The position numbers and the translations under genes are program-made. Below the pieces are notes generated by a model. It did no database searches. It was not told the origin of the DNA and saw nothing but the letters and a program-made list of their open reading frames with translations. DNA of 64,000 nt from Azolla caroliniana (lineage: Eukaryota > Plantae > Polypodiophyta), in contig JBHGNT010000012.1 of NCBI GenBank assembly GCA_043228905.1, positions 8,432,001 through 8,496,000 of the forward strand, written 5' to 3'. Of the stretch, positions 1 to 12,634 are shown piece by piece (position 1 is the first letter of the stretch; each line of letters opens with the position of its first letter).

Positions 1-1593
1 TGATTAATGGTGGCAAGGTCGGTGCATACCCTCGAACTAGAAGAGGTAGACGCTTGGATGTGGAGGGTTGGCTCTTCCATCAGCACCCCGGACATCAGTT
101 TCCCGGAAGCTCAGCCAACGATGTCGTGTCAGCCATAGTTATCTGGACTTGTTGCTTGTGAGATTGTTGTTGCAATTTCTGGCACTGACGTTGGACGTGT
201 CCATAATTGTGGCAGTAGAAACACCTCAGGCGCCTTGGCTATCGCGATCGGGACGGTTGCGGCGAGCTTGCAATTGCATGTTTTGGACATCAATGTCCAT
301 GGGGGCCGCACCTTGGTATTGGGCGCGTGAGTCGGTGGCTGATGGATGGGGCCAACGAGGTTGGGTGTTAGATAATGTACAAACTTCGATTCATTGGGCG
401 ATGAGGATGGCGTCGTTGAATGTCTGCGGACCTTGGTCCCGAGCGCGGCGAGTGATGTCGTTGGGCAGACGAGGCCATAAGAAGAAAAGCTTCACATGCT
501 CGGGCATGGTAGGGTCAGCGCGAATGAGGAGTTGATTGAGGCGAACACCAAATTGGCCCACGGGTTCGTGTGCTTGTTGTTGCAATGTTTCGAGTTGTTG
601 TAATGCCGTTTGGGCTGAATTTTGATGGGCGAAGTTTTGTACGAGGAGATCCCGAAGGAACACCCAATTCTCGGTCACGTCGCTTGATTGTTGGACGTAC
701 CAGGTGGCGGCGACGTTTTCGAGCAGGGTACGAACTTCCAAAGCTTTGCACTCGTCGGACCATCGATGGTAACTAGAGATCATCTCAAAATGATCCAACC
801 AAGCTAAGACATCCTCGGAAGGCAATCCGGAGAAGGACTTCAGGCGCACCTTGGAATCTGGACGATCTTGCGCGCGGTCGTTGTGAGTGGAGAGGAAGGA
901 GAGCATAGCTTGATTCGTATGGCTGATTTGAAGCATGGCATTGGAGACGAGTTCCAGGAGCTGCTCCATTTGGAAAGGGGGAGGTCGTGCGTGAGGTTGC
1001 AAGAACTTAGGCTCCATCGGGGTATCGACGTTGGAGGCGGCGGAAGGGAATTGGGATGCCATGAACAATGTAGTAGTGGCTAAAATTTGAGCCCGCTTCT
1101 CCACCAATTATGTGAAATGCATATAAAAGGAAACCAAACCAACCTAGCTAGCTTCATACTTATCATTCAATATATAGAAGATACAAAGAACCCATTTTGG
1201 GACGGCCTAGCTACACGTGTCCCAAAATGGTGTGCTAAAAGGGTGGGCTAAAATGGGTGATGTGCTAAACGGGAGTGGCTAAAAGAGTGGTATGTTCAAA
1301 TGCATGCTCTTGCATGAAAGGGACACCACAATACAAATGTGCTTTAGAGCACTTTTTATACAAGTCCTTCAAAGGACTGACAAAAGTATTGACAAGTACT
1401 TCAATGCTCGTATTGAGCTATGACACTAACTCCTAGAATCATAACTACCTAGTAAACTAGGAGCATAGGCCTCCAACGGTCCACCGGTTCGCACATGGGT
1501 CCGTCTCATAGATCCAGCTCACCTTTCCAGACACCGACCCGGCTCTTGGCTTATTCAGCCGACCCGGATCATGTTGAGCTTGTCCACTCAACA
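1..1593 (-). mobile_element. Ty3/Gypsy LTR retrotransposon 5' part (5' LTR 1111-1593, tRNA-Ala-type PBS, gag), running off the window
   Basis: On the minus strand the LTR reads TGTTGAG...TTTCACA. It is followed by TAAT and TGGTGGAGAA (complement of a tRNA-Ala-like 3' end CUCCACCA), then a capsid-like gag. Confidence 0.8.
391..1107 (-). pseudogene. Gypsy gag (Ty3-capsid/retrotrans_gag-like), interrupted by a stop at 391
   Basis: FSGLPSEDVLAWLDHFE, AATWY and LETLQQQ..E.V..F are typical Gypsy capsid motifs. The PMDID motif continues downstream of the stop. Confidence 0.75.
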
Positions 1594-1599
1594 AAAATG

Positions 1600-2335
1600 T
1601 TACCCCATTTCGGATGCCACTTGGGAACCAATTACACATTTACAAAATGCTCCGGAGGCCAAGCGTTTCATCAACGGTACCCACATAAGCTAGTCGCGGG
1701 TCTTGAGAGACAACCTTCAAGGGAGGATAATGTTTGGCTTGGGAGGCAGCCTTAAAGGGAGGATAATTTCCTTAAGTTCAGTACATGCCACAGTACATTT
1801 CAGACGCCACTTGGGACCCGGTTACACATTTACAAAATGCTCTGGAGGCCATTCAAGTGTTTCATCAACGGTGCCCACATAAGCTAGGAGCGGGTCTTGA
1901 GAGACACCCTTCAAGGGACGATAATGTTTGTCTTGGGAGGCAGCCTTAAAGGGAGGATAATTTCCTTAAGTTCAGTACATGCCACAGTGGAAGGTAAGGG
2001 TTGAACCAATGACCTCCCAATCTCCATAGGGAAACCTTACCAACTGAAGTACATCCATCTGTGTATATTTATATAAAATCAACTTGATGTATTGTAGATT
2101 GAACACTAGAAGTTCCCTAGCTTGCATGCATCCTCATGCATTCTCTAGAATATTCCTAGCTTGCATGCATACCTCCACCTTCTTGTATAAATACTCAGGT
2201 GCACCTTGATTCTAATAAAGGTGAACAACACCAGTTATAGAAGTATAAGATGAGTTCTTGTTCTCTTTTTTCTGTCTATTCTCTCTCTTAGTATTTAGTC
2301 GCGTCTTGGTTCTGGTCTATTCTACACATCTGTGA
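1600..2335 (+). mobile_element. Tcn1-like chromovirus 3' fragment: chromodomain end, PPT and LTR, with a ~190-bp tandem duplication (about 1606-1794 / 1795-1988)
   Basis: Encodes DATWEPITHLQNAPEA..AFHQRYPHK. The PPT-like AAGGGA(G/C)GATAAT occurs 4 times. The LTR has TATAAATA and AAGGTGAACAACACCAGTTAT, shared with the LTR at 27937-28388. Confidence 0.7.
1989..2057 (-). promoter_or_regulatory. tRNA-like A/B-box cassette in LTR U3
   Basis: TACTTCAGTTGGTAAG ... GGTTCAACCC. Confidence 0.6.
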
Positions 2336-2339
2336 GACC

Positions 2340-2625
2340 AATTATCTTTCATGCCCCTATAAAGTTATCTATATTTTCTAATTATCTTTCCTACCCTTAT
2401 AAAATTTATCTAATTACCTTTCATGCCCCTAGAAAAGCTATCTAGTTTTTGCTAATTATCTTTTGTGCGCCTATCAACTTATCTTGTTTTTCTAATTATC
2501 TTTTGTGCCCCTACCAAATGTATCTAGTTTTTTCCAATTACTTTCGTGTCCCTGTAAAAAACTTATCTAATTTTACTAATTAACTTTTGTGGCCCTATAA
2601 AAACTTCAATAACTTTTCTTAAATT
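2340..2625. repeat. Degenerate ~41-bp tandem repeat, about 7 units
   Basis: Recurring ctaattatctttt..tgcccct..aaa.ttatcta.tttt units. Confidence 0.7.
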
Positions 2626-2953
2626 TTCCTTCTTGCCCTCAAAAACCACAAATATAATATATTTATTTTTAATTACCCTTCATGCTCACCCGCCCCTTAC
2701 AAGCTACCATAAGGAAACAAGGGCACATTGGCATTGCCAAAAATTAAAGATAAATAATAAAATAATAAGTAAATAGGTAAGTAAAATTTAATTAATTAAT
2801 AAGAATAAGAACAATAATAATAATAACTACAAGGGCACACTCCCTAACCTTTGAACAAACCTGAACAAACTTTGTACACATCCAAACAAGTGTGTGCACT
2901 TTGACTGTAAAGAATGAGAGACGTAGGTGGTGTTGTGCATCGGAAGCGAACTC

Positions 2954-2955
<2 letters not shown>

Positions 2956-3007
<52 letters not shown>

Positions 3008-3013
3008 TAAGAT

Positions 3014-3048
<35 letters not shown>
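2956..3048. repeat. Compound (TG)n/(GA)n microsatellite
   Basis: Directly visible in the sequence. Confidence 0.95.
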
Positions 3049-3050
<2 letters not shown>

Positions 3051-6000
3051 AAGAAGTTGTATTCACAAAAAGCAATATTACATCCAACTAAGAACTAAGT
3101 TACAAGTAGTTGGTTTAAATACCAACTAGTCTAGGGCAAGTGCCCTTTCTACTCATTACAAAACTAGGCTAGTATGATGTCCATTGGCTAGTGTGAACAC
3201 TATCTCTATGGGAGGCTTAGTTCGATTCTCGAAATGCCCCTTCGAACAACTTCCGGGTGCCAAAAGGTTGGTTCGGTTTGATCTTCAAAAAACTTTGATT
3301 CAGCTGAATCGACTTCGACTTTCGAGTTGTTTCGGTTGTTCGGCTTTCCAGTTGTTTCGGTTGTTCGATTGCTTCATGCTCCTTGTTTCACTCGATTGTT
3401 ATCGTACTTCGACTCTTCTGGTCGGCTTTAATCGACTGATCGGTTGTTGTTCGACATCAACTATTACTACTCCCCCTCAAGCGCGGTTGGTCGGTGATCA
3501 AGAGACCAAGGTTCGTCGTGAACTGCCACAGCTTGTCGAAACCCAGGGCTTTTCGAACTGCCACAGCTTGTCGGCCACCTCGAGATTCATGTTGATGTGT
3601 TGTAAATCGACATCTCTAGCCTGAACGCGCTCCCAAATGAAGTGATAGTGCACTTAGATATGCTTAGTCCACGCGTGGAACACGGGGTTCCGAGCCAAGT
3701 AGATATTGCTCATGTTGTCGTAGTATAGGATAATCGGATCTTGGATGGGAACGCCCAGATCCTTCAATATGCGCTTTAGCCATACGGCCTCGCATGCGGC
3801 CACTATCGCACCCCTATATTTGGCCTCTATGCTTGATAGTGCGACTGTCGACTGCTTTTTGCTACCTCAGGAGATTGCTCCGTTGCCGAGCGAGAAGACA
3901 AATCTGGAAGTCAATTGTCTATTAGCCTTAAAGTTGGCCCAGTTCGCATCTATGTACCCTTCGAACCGGATGATCATATCCGACTTATATAGAATGCCAA
4001 AATCCATTGTCCCATGGACGTACCTAAGTACCCTCTTAGCGCAATCAAGATGAACATTTTGAGGATTCTGCATGAATTGGCTAAGTAGGCCAACTAAATA
4101 GCTGTGGTCAGTTCATGTGATGGTTAGATAGATTACGCTACCAATCAATTGTCGATACTGAGTTGGCTTGCACTCTTTTGTTCCCGAATCGGCATCAAGT
4201 TTGAGATTTCGATTGAGAGGGGTAGACATAGGTTTACACTCTGTCATTTCGAACTTGTAGAGAGGCTTCCTGAGTCGGAAGACGGCTTTCAAGTGAATGT
4301 TGGATTCGAAGCCGGGTGGTTGTACCATGTACACCTCCTCTTCTAATTCTCCTTGAAGAAAGACATTCTTGACGTCCATCTGATGGAGGTGTCACCCTTT
4401 CGCCGCTACTAGAGCAATGATTGTCTGAACAATCGTCATCTTTGCCACTAGGGCAAAGGTCTCCTCGTAATCGACGCCATGTGTTTGTGCATATCCTTTT
4501 GCTACGAGTCATGCCTTGTGGCGATTTACCGAGTCGGCAGCATTATGTTTGACTTTTTGATAATCCATCTACAACCAATTGCTTTCTTGTGTGGAGAATG
4601 GGGGACGAGATCCCATGTCTCATTTCTGCTTAATGTCGGCATCTCCTCATTAATTGCTTCAATCCATCACGGATCCTTGGCTGCCTTAGAAAAGGTTTCC
4701 AGTTCTCAGACAGTCGCGACCTTCATCATAAAGGTATAGTGGAATCGGTTGACCAGGTTTTTCTCTCGGGTGGAGCAACGGAGCTTCTCGTTTGCAGAGT
4801 CTAAGGCTTTCTTCGCTCCATTCGTCTGGATGATTGGGATGTCCCTGCCTTTGAACTCACTGTCAAGGGACTAAGTTCACTTGTCATCGATTGGATCTTC
4901 GTATTCTGACATCTTGGCCTTCCCTTTGTCAAGTTTCGGACTTCGTCGAGATATGCTTTGGTCACTCAGGGGCTCCTATGGTCCACTAAGCCTTGTCGTA
5001 ATTGGACTTTCTTCGAACATGTGTCCGAGCCGAAATTCATCTTCTATCTCTCGTTCAGCCGATTCTGGGTTGATTGGAGTTGAAATCAGAGTTGTCTCCA
5101 TGTCGTACCAGGATGCCGACTCGTCGAAAATGACATCTCGACTTACTCAAACTTTTCGGGTAGAAGGATGGTAACATTTGTACCCCTTTTGTTCGAGTGA
5201 GTACCCTACGAGGATACATTTCTCCGACTTCGGGTTGATCTTTTGTCGCTTCTCGTCGGGAATATGCATGTACGCGATCGAGCCGAATATCTGGATATGT
5301 GATAGATCTGGCTTCTTTCAAAAGAACTTCTCATGAGGAGTTATGTCATGTACCGCAGAGGTTGTACATCGGTTCATAAGATATACGGTTGTCTTACCCA
5401 CTTCTGCCAGTACGATTTCGGCAGGTTCTTCTCATTCATCATGGCCCTTGCCACCGCTAATATGTGCCGATTCTTTCGTTAGGCTACTTTGTTTTGCTGA
5501 GGTATACGTCGGCATGAGAATTCTCGTCGAATTCCTTCCTTTCGGAGGTACGCCGTAAAATCGTTCGAGAAATACTCCTTGCCTCCATCCGATCGAAGGC
5601 ATCGAACATGCCGACTTGTGGCTTTTTCAACTTTGTTTTTAAACCTTTGGAAGTGTCCGAACACTTCACTCTTCTACCACATCGGATAGATCCAGGCCTG
5701 CCTCAAGAAGTCGTCGGTAAACATGACATAGTATCGTCATCCACCAAATGTGGTTGTCTGTGCCGGTCCCCATACATCTTAATGTACGACATACATGATC
5801 CCTTTGCTCACATTCCCTTCTTTTGGGAAGGGTTGTCGGTGTTGTTTGCTGAATTGGCAGGCTTCACATACACCCGTAATCTCCTTCTTGATAAATGTCA
5901 GAAGTCCGATTACGACTCCTTTCGACTGCATCCTTTTAAGCTTTTGGAGATTAATGTGGCCAATTCGCTTGTGCTATAGTTTCAAGTCAGTTTCGACTTT

Positions 6001-7001
6001 GATGCCATTTGCGAACATGGAGAACTTCACCTCGCTCGACTCGAGGATGAACATTCGGCCTTCTCAACGACCATGAGTTATGATTTGATTGCCTTTTTCA
6101 ATGAAACACCCTTCATTATTGAACCGCACTTGCATGCCTTTTTCTACTATCTGGCCGACTGAGACCAGATTTTTCATGATGGTTGGGACATGCAAGAAGT
6201 TTTTGAGGTAGGTTTGTTTTCCATCGTTCCCAAATGAGATATTTCCGATATGCCGAATCAAGTGAGTTGTGTCATCTCCGGTTTCGACATAGCCGGGCCG
6301 ATCGGGCTTTCGTAATTCTCGGAACCAATCTTCGTGGGATGTCATATGATTGGATGCTCCTAGGTCGACAAACCATACATTATATGAAGGAGAGGTATGT
6401 GTCTCACCTTGTGTCAACATTGAATGCACTTTGTGCCTCATCATAAACATTCCGCCACAATCGTCGTAGTTGGAATTCAAAGCATAGTTAGTGAGTTGTC
6501 GGCTAGTCAAGGCCAATTCTCATTGCTTCTTTCAGCATTCCTCTTCGTAGTGGCCAAGTTTTCCATAGTACCCGCATTCAATTGGGTTATTGCGATGGCT
6601 CGGTTCGGTAGGATGGCTCCCCCTTCTGTCGAACTCTCTAGGATTGCACCTACCATCTTGCCATTGGTAGGAGTTGCGTTCTCGGGTCGGCTGACTCTAT
6701 CATCCTCCACTGAATCGACCTCTATTTCCTCGGTCGAATCCTCTTCTATCGTCCAACTAGGAGTAGAGCATTTGGCCATCAGGTGCATTGCTCCTTTGTT
6801 GGGCATGATTTTCCTCCACCAATAGTATCGACTAAGGGTCGAAAAAGGAAGGTGGATTCTCCCTTGCGAGAATGGCTGATCTAATCGTGTCGAATCAAGG
6901 TGCCAAGCCACCGAGGCATATTTGCACCATTTCCTCATCATCGATGATGACGTTCATCGATTCGAGGGCGGTGAACAGCTCCTTGATCTTCAAGGTATAG
7001 C

Positions 7002-7260
7002 CAGTGTTGGGCAAAGTCCCAGGAACAGTGTCAGCGTTCCGGTTGGGTTGGGACTTTTGCCGGCCAAGGTGGGGGGCAGCCGGAATTGATTCCGGCTAGG
7101 TTTTCCTACCAACCGGAATCTAGCCGGTTCATATTTTTTGAACCGGCTATTTATATAGTTTGTAAAAATAAAAAGGTTAAAAAAAAACATATTCATTTAC
7201 TCTTGAGCCTTTCCCCCCTTTTCCCCCTTTTTCCCCCTTTGCGTGTTTTTTCCCCCCCTC

Positions 7261-7299
<39 letters not shown>

Positions 7300-10200
7300 C
7301 TGTCTCCCTCTCTGTCGACGATTTCTTTCTCCATCTCTGACGACGATTTCTGTCTCCCTCTCTGTCAATTTCCATTTCACTCTGTCGATTTCTGTTTTTT
7401 CTCACAACTCCATCCTTCGGACTTCATCATTACTCGTTCCTCGTTGATCGTCGCTCGCTCAATCGCCGCTCGTCGCTCTCTATTGCAAGGTGAGTGCACA
7501 ACTATAGTTTCTAAAAATTTCCAATTAGGTTCATAAGAACAAGACCAGTTTGAAATGGCAGTTGTAAAATGCAGAATGTATGTTAAATAGTTCAAGTATT
7601 CTAAAATGCATTTTATACATAAAATGCACATTTTTAATAGCTATGTTTGTGAAGGTTTTGTTTCTTTATCACAATAATTAATGACATCCATGAATATTTG
7701 CTCAAATGCCTGATGATTGCAATCCTGAATTATTGTTGCCTTTGCTTCCAACGTTCATTTTCCCGCTGGAGAAATAGTGTTTTTTGTACTAGAGGCAAGT
7801 ACAGTGGATGTCCGTAAACTACGGTAATTATTTCAGAACATGGGCGAGAGAAATTAGAGTACTAGAATTTTCTTCTTCTTCTTCTTCTTCATCATGAAAT
7901 ATGGCATGCCCATCATCATCATGAATCATGGTATGCACATACTCATGATGAAACATGGTCTGTTGAGAAGTGGCATGCCTATCATGAATGATGGTGTGCC
8001 CATTGCCATCATCATCATCACCACCACCATCATGAGATATGATATGCACATCATCATCATCCTGAACCATGGTACATCCATCATTATCATTTTCATGAAC
8101 CATCATGGTATTGCCATCATCCACATGACCACATTCTCTTTGAAACCTCATAATTCTTTCTCGCTAACAATTCTTGCAAAGGAACAAGAAAGACCTTGAA
8201 AGAAAGTTTCAAGTGATTAACTCATCTCCATAGCTGGATCTATAAGTGCTTTACCTCATACATCTTTGCAGCTAGCTGCTCCAATGGATATGGCTGTTAG
8301 GATTTCAGAACGATGATGGAAGCTAGAAGCTGGAGATATATCTAAATCATTTTTTAGGGGCATCAAAAGAGATTGTTGTATGTTTTGAGAGCATCAGAGT
8401 GCCTCTTCTGTCAATCAGGGTATGAAAGTTTGAGGCTTTCAAAAGGACATTGAGACTCTCTCAGAATTAGGCCTGTATTGGGATTGAGACCCTAATTTAA
8501 TGGTGAAACCTTATAAAGTTTTAAGATGGCTTGCTTGCTGCTGTTGGATACACAGAAAACAATCAGAGTCAACAAGAAGAGAGAGGGAAACAAAGGCTCT
8601 GCTTTCCTCTGTTTTTTTGTTTTCAAAAAAAGGCAAAGAAGAGGAGAGAAGTGCATGGGCCCATGATTCGTGGCAAGTGTGTTTAACCATGAGAAAGAAT
8701 ATCATAAACTTTTTGGGCCTTCGCACTCCGTGATTTGGTAAAATGGTCCGAATTTGTCCCGAAATATATAATGGTAATTGCCTCCAATATAGCATGCATA
8801 GCATATGTCAATGAAATGCTCATTTGTTTGTATTCCCCTCCCACATAGATTTCATAACTTGCTACTAGTTGTCGTTTTCTCCCGTCTATTTGTCTCCTAG
8901 TTTGAGCCGAATGCGAACAATTGTGTACTTGTCAATGGTCTTGCTCATTTTTTTCATGTAAGATGTGGAACTACGTATCTAAGAGAGTATGTTGATGTCA
9001 TTAGGAACGAGTTGGAGCAAGTGATTTGATAACATGTCATCCTGATTCCTAACCCATGTTCTCTCAGTTTTATATCGCTTGATTTGCTAAGCTTTAAACC
9101 AATGAGTCCCTAACCAATGTTGTAGTGACGGTTCATAATCAATACATTGCATGGTAATTTCAATTACTTTAAACAAACTTACCATAAACCTTAAGATGAA
9201 GTGGTGCTTTCAATATAGATGTAGCAAGAATTGTTACATATGCTCATGTATTTCATATTGTCTCTATGTAAATAGATTTGTATGAAGATCCAAGAGTAGC
9301 ATACAAGTTTAGGACAAGTCAAGATAGAGTAGCATAATTAGTGTAAACACCACGAGGCCACTTTGTGCATATTTGGATACACATGTATGATGTGTACAAT
9401 GTATTGCTCAAACTTTTGACTTTATGACCCAAACATGAGACGAAGACAATGCATGCATGAGACGAAGACAATGCATGTATGTCTCATTGATAGTGAAATT
9501 ATTTTGAGGTTTTGACATTCAATTTAAGAGTTTCAATTGCGTTTTGCATCGAACACGCTAAGAAAGAGATGAACTAGTAAATAGTGAAGATATGTATTAT
9601 TTATCATTTGCATGTGCGTGTAAGCTAATGTGAGGCTTCCTCTTTCTTCTTTATTTTTTTATAGATTGGAAGATCCATAGTGGAAACTCAATCTTTTATA
9701 GCCTCCGCAATCTTCCATATATTCCAGGTATTTTAATTTTCTTATTCTCTTTGGAAAACATGGATTGTGTATGTATGTTTCCCTTTCTTGTAAATGAAAA
9801 TGATAGATTATGATTGTTCAATATACTCTACCTTATTGTTACAGTATGTCGCACAACAAAAATAGCAAAGGCAAGGGAAAACAAATGAGCCTTCATACAA
9901 TGCCTTGTTTTAGGAAGAACATGTCATCTTCTAATGAAGATGTGTCTCTAGAAGAACCTATAAAAGACCAACAATACTCTCAAGAGTCAATTAATGAGAT
10001 AAATAGAGTTAGTAAGGCGAAACTAAGATTTCAAGAAGATTGGCCTACTAAATTTAAGTGGCTTCAAGAGGATTTAGAAACTGGGCTTCTATGGTGTAGT
10101 TATTGTAGGAATGACCCACATTGTAAGTCCTTATTTGGAAAAACAGGTGCAAAAAATTTTAAGACTTCTGCATTAGAAGAACATGCAAGAAGTGTGGCCC

Positions 10201-12441
10201 ATCGAGATGCCATTTTGTTACAAGAACGAGACAAGAATGGTCTTGAAAAATGTGCATCAAAGAAAAAAGCTAGTGTGGATTTAGCAGTTGAAAAATTGTT
10301 TAAATGTGCATATTTTATAGCTAAAGAGGATTTGGCATTTAGAAAATTGGAAAACCTCTTACGTTTATTAAGAGAGTGTGGTGTGGAAGGCCTTCCACGA
10401 ATGTACAATGATAATAAGGCTTGTGCAAGCTTTATCTTGCACATTAGCAAGGCTCTTGAAGCCGAGATATATGAAAGGTTGAGGACAAGTCCTTGGTTTG
10501 GGCTTATGGTAGATGAAGCTACCGATGTAAGTGTGACCAAGAACTTGATCCTTTACGCTACATTTGTGGAAGGAAGGCAAGTACGAACCTCTTATTTAGG
10601 GGTACTTGAAGTAGAGGATGGTACAGCAAAAACAATAACAGAAAACATTTTAGCGTTGTTAAAAAAGTGGAACTTAGATGTTAGAAAAATGATGGGATTT
10701 GGAAGTGATGGAGCATCTGTTATGGTAGGTATGTCTACAGGTGTTGCTACAAGATTGAAGTCATATAATCCATTTATGACTTCATTACATTGTTGTGCAC
10801 ATCGAACAAACTTGTGTGTGCAAGAGGCTTCAAAGAACGTCGAAGTCAAAGAAACATGCAAGCAGTTAGATGCCCTTGTGAATCGGGTGGCTGCACATTT
10901 CTCGAGGAGCTCAATGCGCCAAGGTGAATTAAGTAAGATGCAAGATGCATTAGAATACACACATTTGCATATTCTTGGGATTGTGAAGACACGATGGCTT
11001 AGTCGGCATGGTGCTATCATGAGGGTATGTGATGTGTATGAACCCTTGATGAAGACTTTGCAATCGCAAAGTGATGCATACAATGTATTCTTGAGTTTAA
11101 GAAACTTTAAAGTAGTGTATATGCTTCACTTCCTTGCAGATGTACTTAAGATCATGTCTACATTAAGTATGGAATTCCAAAAGGAATATGTGGATGTGAC
11201 ATGCATTGGAGGTTTGGCTATGATAGCCATTGGGGAGATAGAAGAACAATTTTTACATCATGTTATGATGGATCTGAATGGTTTTGAGAAGGATAACGAT
11301 AATTATCCAATTATTCCAGAATATGGTAGAGAAAAAGGAATGCTTTCAGTTTTACGAGATGCCACAAAAGGTAATATGTATAAAAGCATCCTCATCGATA
11401 GAAGTGTTGATGGTGAGGACTTAATTGAAGCCATACAATTCCAAACTTTGTTTTCTAAGGCATTGATAGAGACAATAAAAAAGAGGCTTCAAGATCCGGT
11501 GACTCTTTCCGCATTGAAAATGTTATCACCAATGAACATGTCTACCGGATCTACAAGCATTTTAGCACGAAAAACTATGGGTCTTAATGAGTTGAAAACA
11601 CTTGGAAATTTTTATGGCATTCAAAAAATGATAGATGGGAAAGCGTTTTCTCCCATAATTGATAATGATAAATTGTATGATGAATATGCAATTTTCAAAA
11701 GGCAAGCTACCACGGAATGGCTTGGAAGAGATTTCTTAGATGTTTGGGGTATGATAAATTGTAATGATGTGTGGAAAGAAAAGCTACCCGAGCTTCTAAA
11801 GCTTTCATTGATAGGGTTAATTCAGTGTTCTTCTACGGCAGCATGTGAGAGAGGCTTTAGTCGCCTAAATCTAATAAAAAATAAGTTTAGAAATAGGCTA
11901 AAAACCAATGCGGTTGATGCATTGATACGAATATCTATTGAAGGACCTGAATTAGAAGAACATGACTTCAATGCCAGCATTTTGTTGTGGCGAGAAAGCA
12001 AGGCATATCGTCATATTTTTACAGGTACTTCTCATGAGCATGAGGATGACATCGAGGACTTCATAGAAGATATAGATTGAAATTTTGTAAATGTGATCTA
12101 TTTTGTTTTGGAACTTTATATATATTAGCTCTAATTTGATCTAATATGTTGTTAATGCTAGTTTACAAAGTTTCGAAAAGTGAATTTTGTTTACAAAGTT
12201 AGTACATTTTTTGATAAATATATATATTTAGTTTTTGGGCTCCAATTTTTTGTGATTGATTTGATGTGGTATTGCACTAGAATTTTATTTATTTATTTGG
12301 TATGCGTTAAAAAAAATTTCAACATTTCCGGTTGACATTGTCGCTAATAGGAACGTGGCCGGCTGAGATTTTAACATTCCGGTTAGGTTCATAAGAAGCA
12401 GGAAAATTTCCGGTAGGGCCTAGAGACTTTGCCCAACACTG
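7002..12441 (+). mobile_element. Full-length hAT DNA transposon
   Basis: Perfect 17-bp TIRs CAGTGTTGGGCAAAGTC and an 8-bp TSD GGTATAGC (6994-7001, 12442-12449). The Copia gag resumes on the other side. Confidence 0.95.
9846..12080 (+). CDS. hAT transposase (ZNF862-like: N-terminal zinc finger, DDE core, C-terminal dimerisation domain), intact
   Basis: Motifs WCSYC..H..H, MVDEATD, FGSDGAS, HCCAH, TRWLS and CERGFS. The ORF is open from 9810; the ATG at 9846 follows a likely acceptor (ttgttacag). Probable 5'UTR exons end at 7489 and 9727. Confidence 0.93.
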   Translation: MSHNKNSKGKGKQMSLHTMPCFRKNMSSSNEDVSLEEPIKDQQYSQESINEINRVSKAKLRFQEDWPTKFKWLQEDLETGLLWCSYCRNDPHCKSLFGKTGAKNFKTSALEEHARSVAHRDAILLQERDKNGLEKCASKKKASVDLAVEKLFKCAYFIAKEDLAFRKLENLLRLLRECGVEGLPRMYNDNKACASFILHISKALEAEIYERLRTSPWFGLMVDEATDVSVTKNLILYATFVEGRQVRTSYLGVLEVEDGTAKTITENILALLKKWNLDVRKMMGFGSDGASVMVGMSTGVATRLKSYNPFMTSLHCCAHRTNLCVQEASKNVEVKETCKQLDALVNRVAAHFSRSSMRQGELSKMQDALEYTHLHILGIVKTRWLSRHGAIMRVCDVYEPLMKTLQSQSDAYNVFLSLRNFKVVYMLHFLADVLKIMSTLSMEFQKEYVDVTCIGGLAMIAIGEIEEQFLHHVMMDLNGFEKDNDNYPIIPEYGREKGMLSVLRDATKGNMYKSILIDRSVDGEDLIEAIQFQTLFSKALIETIKKRLQDPVTLSALKMLSPMNMSTGSTSILARKTMGLNELKTLGNFYGIQKMIDGKAFSPIIDNDKLYDEYAIFKRQATTEWLGRDFLDVWGMINCNDVWKEKLPELLKLSLIGLIQCSSTAACERGFSRLNLIKNKFRNRLKTNAVDALIRISIEGPELEEHDFNASILLWRESKAYRHIFTGTSHEHEDDIEDFIEDID

Positions 12442-12634
12442 GGTATAGCTGGTGATCCACATATCCCTCTGTAGCATATTATTCAACTACTATAAGAGTT
12501 GGAGCTTTCGTGTAGCCGTATTGGCAACAAAAATCTTCTTGAGATTGCCCCAAGCTTCTTTCGTCGTTTTTATCTATCGAATATAGCCGAGCACGTGATC
12601 ATGTACGCATGATACAAGGCAATACAACACACGG

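Larger units (their letters stand above)
3175..12634 (-). mobile_element. Degenerate Ty1/Copia element (3' LTR 3175-3459), split by a hAT insertion and truncated in gag at 12634
   Basis: LTR termini TGATGTC/GACATCA and PPT TTGAGGGGGAG. Fragments of RNase H, RT (MDVKNVFLQGEL, with the YVDD region deleted), integrase (LRSDGGKEY), protease (WFVDLGASNHM) and gag, carrying many stops and frameshifts. Confidence 0.9.

Noticed and set aside
2792-3129. ORFs of SLSL/THTH/RERE type (also near 7200, 48500, 54600, 60300)
   Set aside because: They are translations of microsatellites.
3125-3174. Helitron 3' end (AGGGCAAGTGCCCT hairpin followed by CTAG)
   Set aside because: Plausible, but no 5' TC end or Rep/helicase remnant could be identified.
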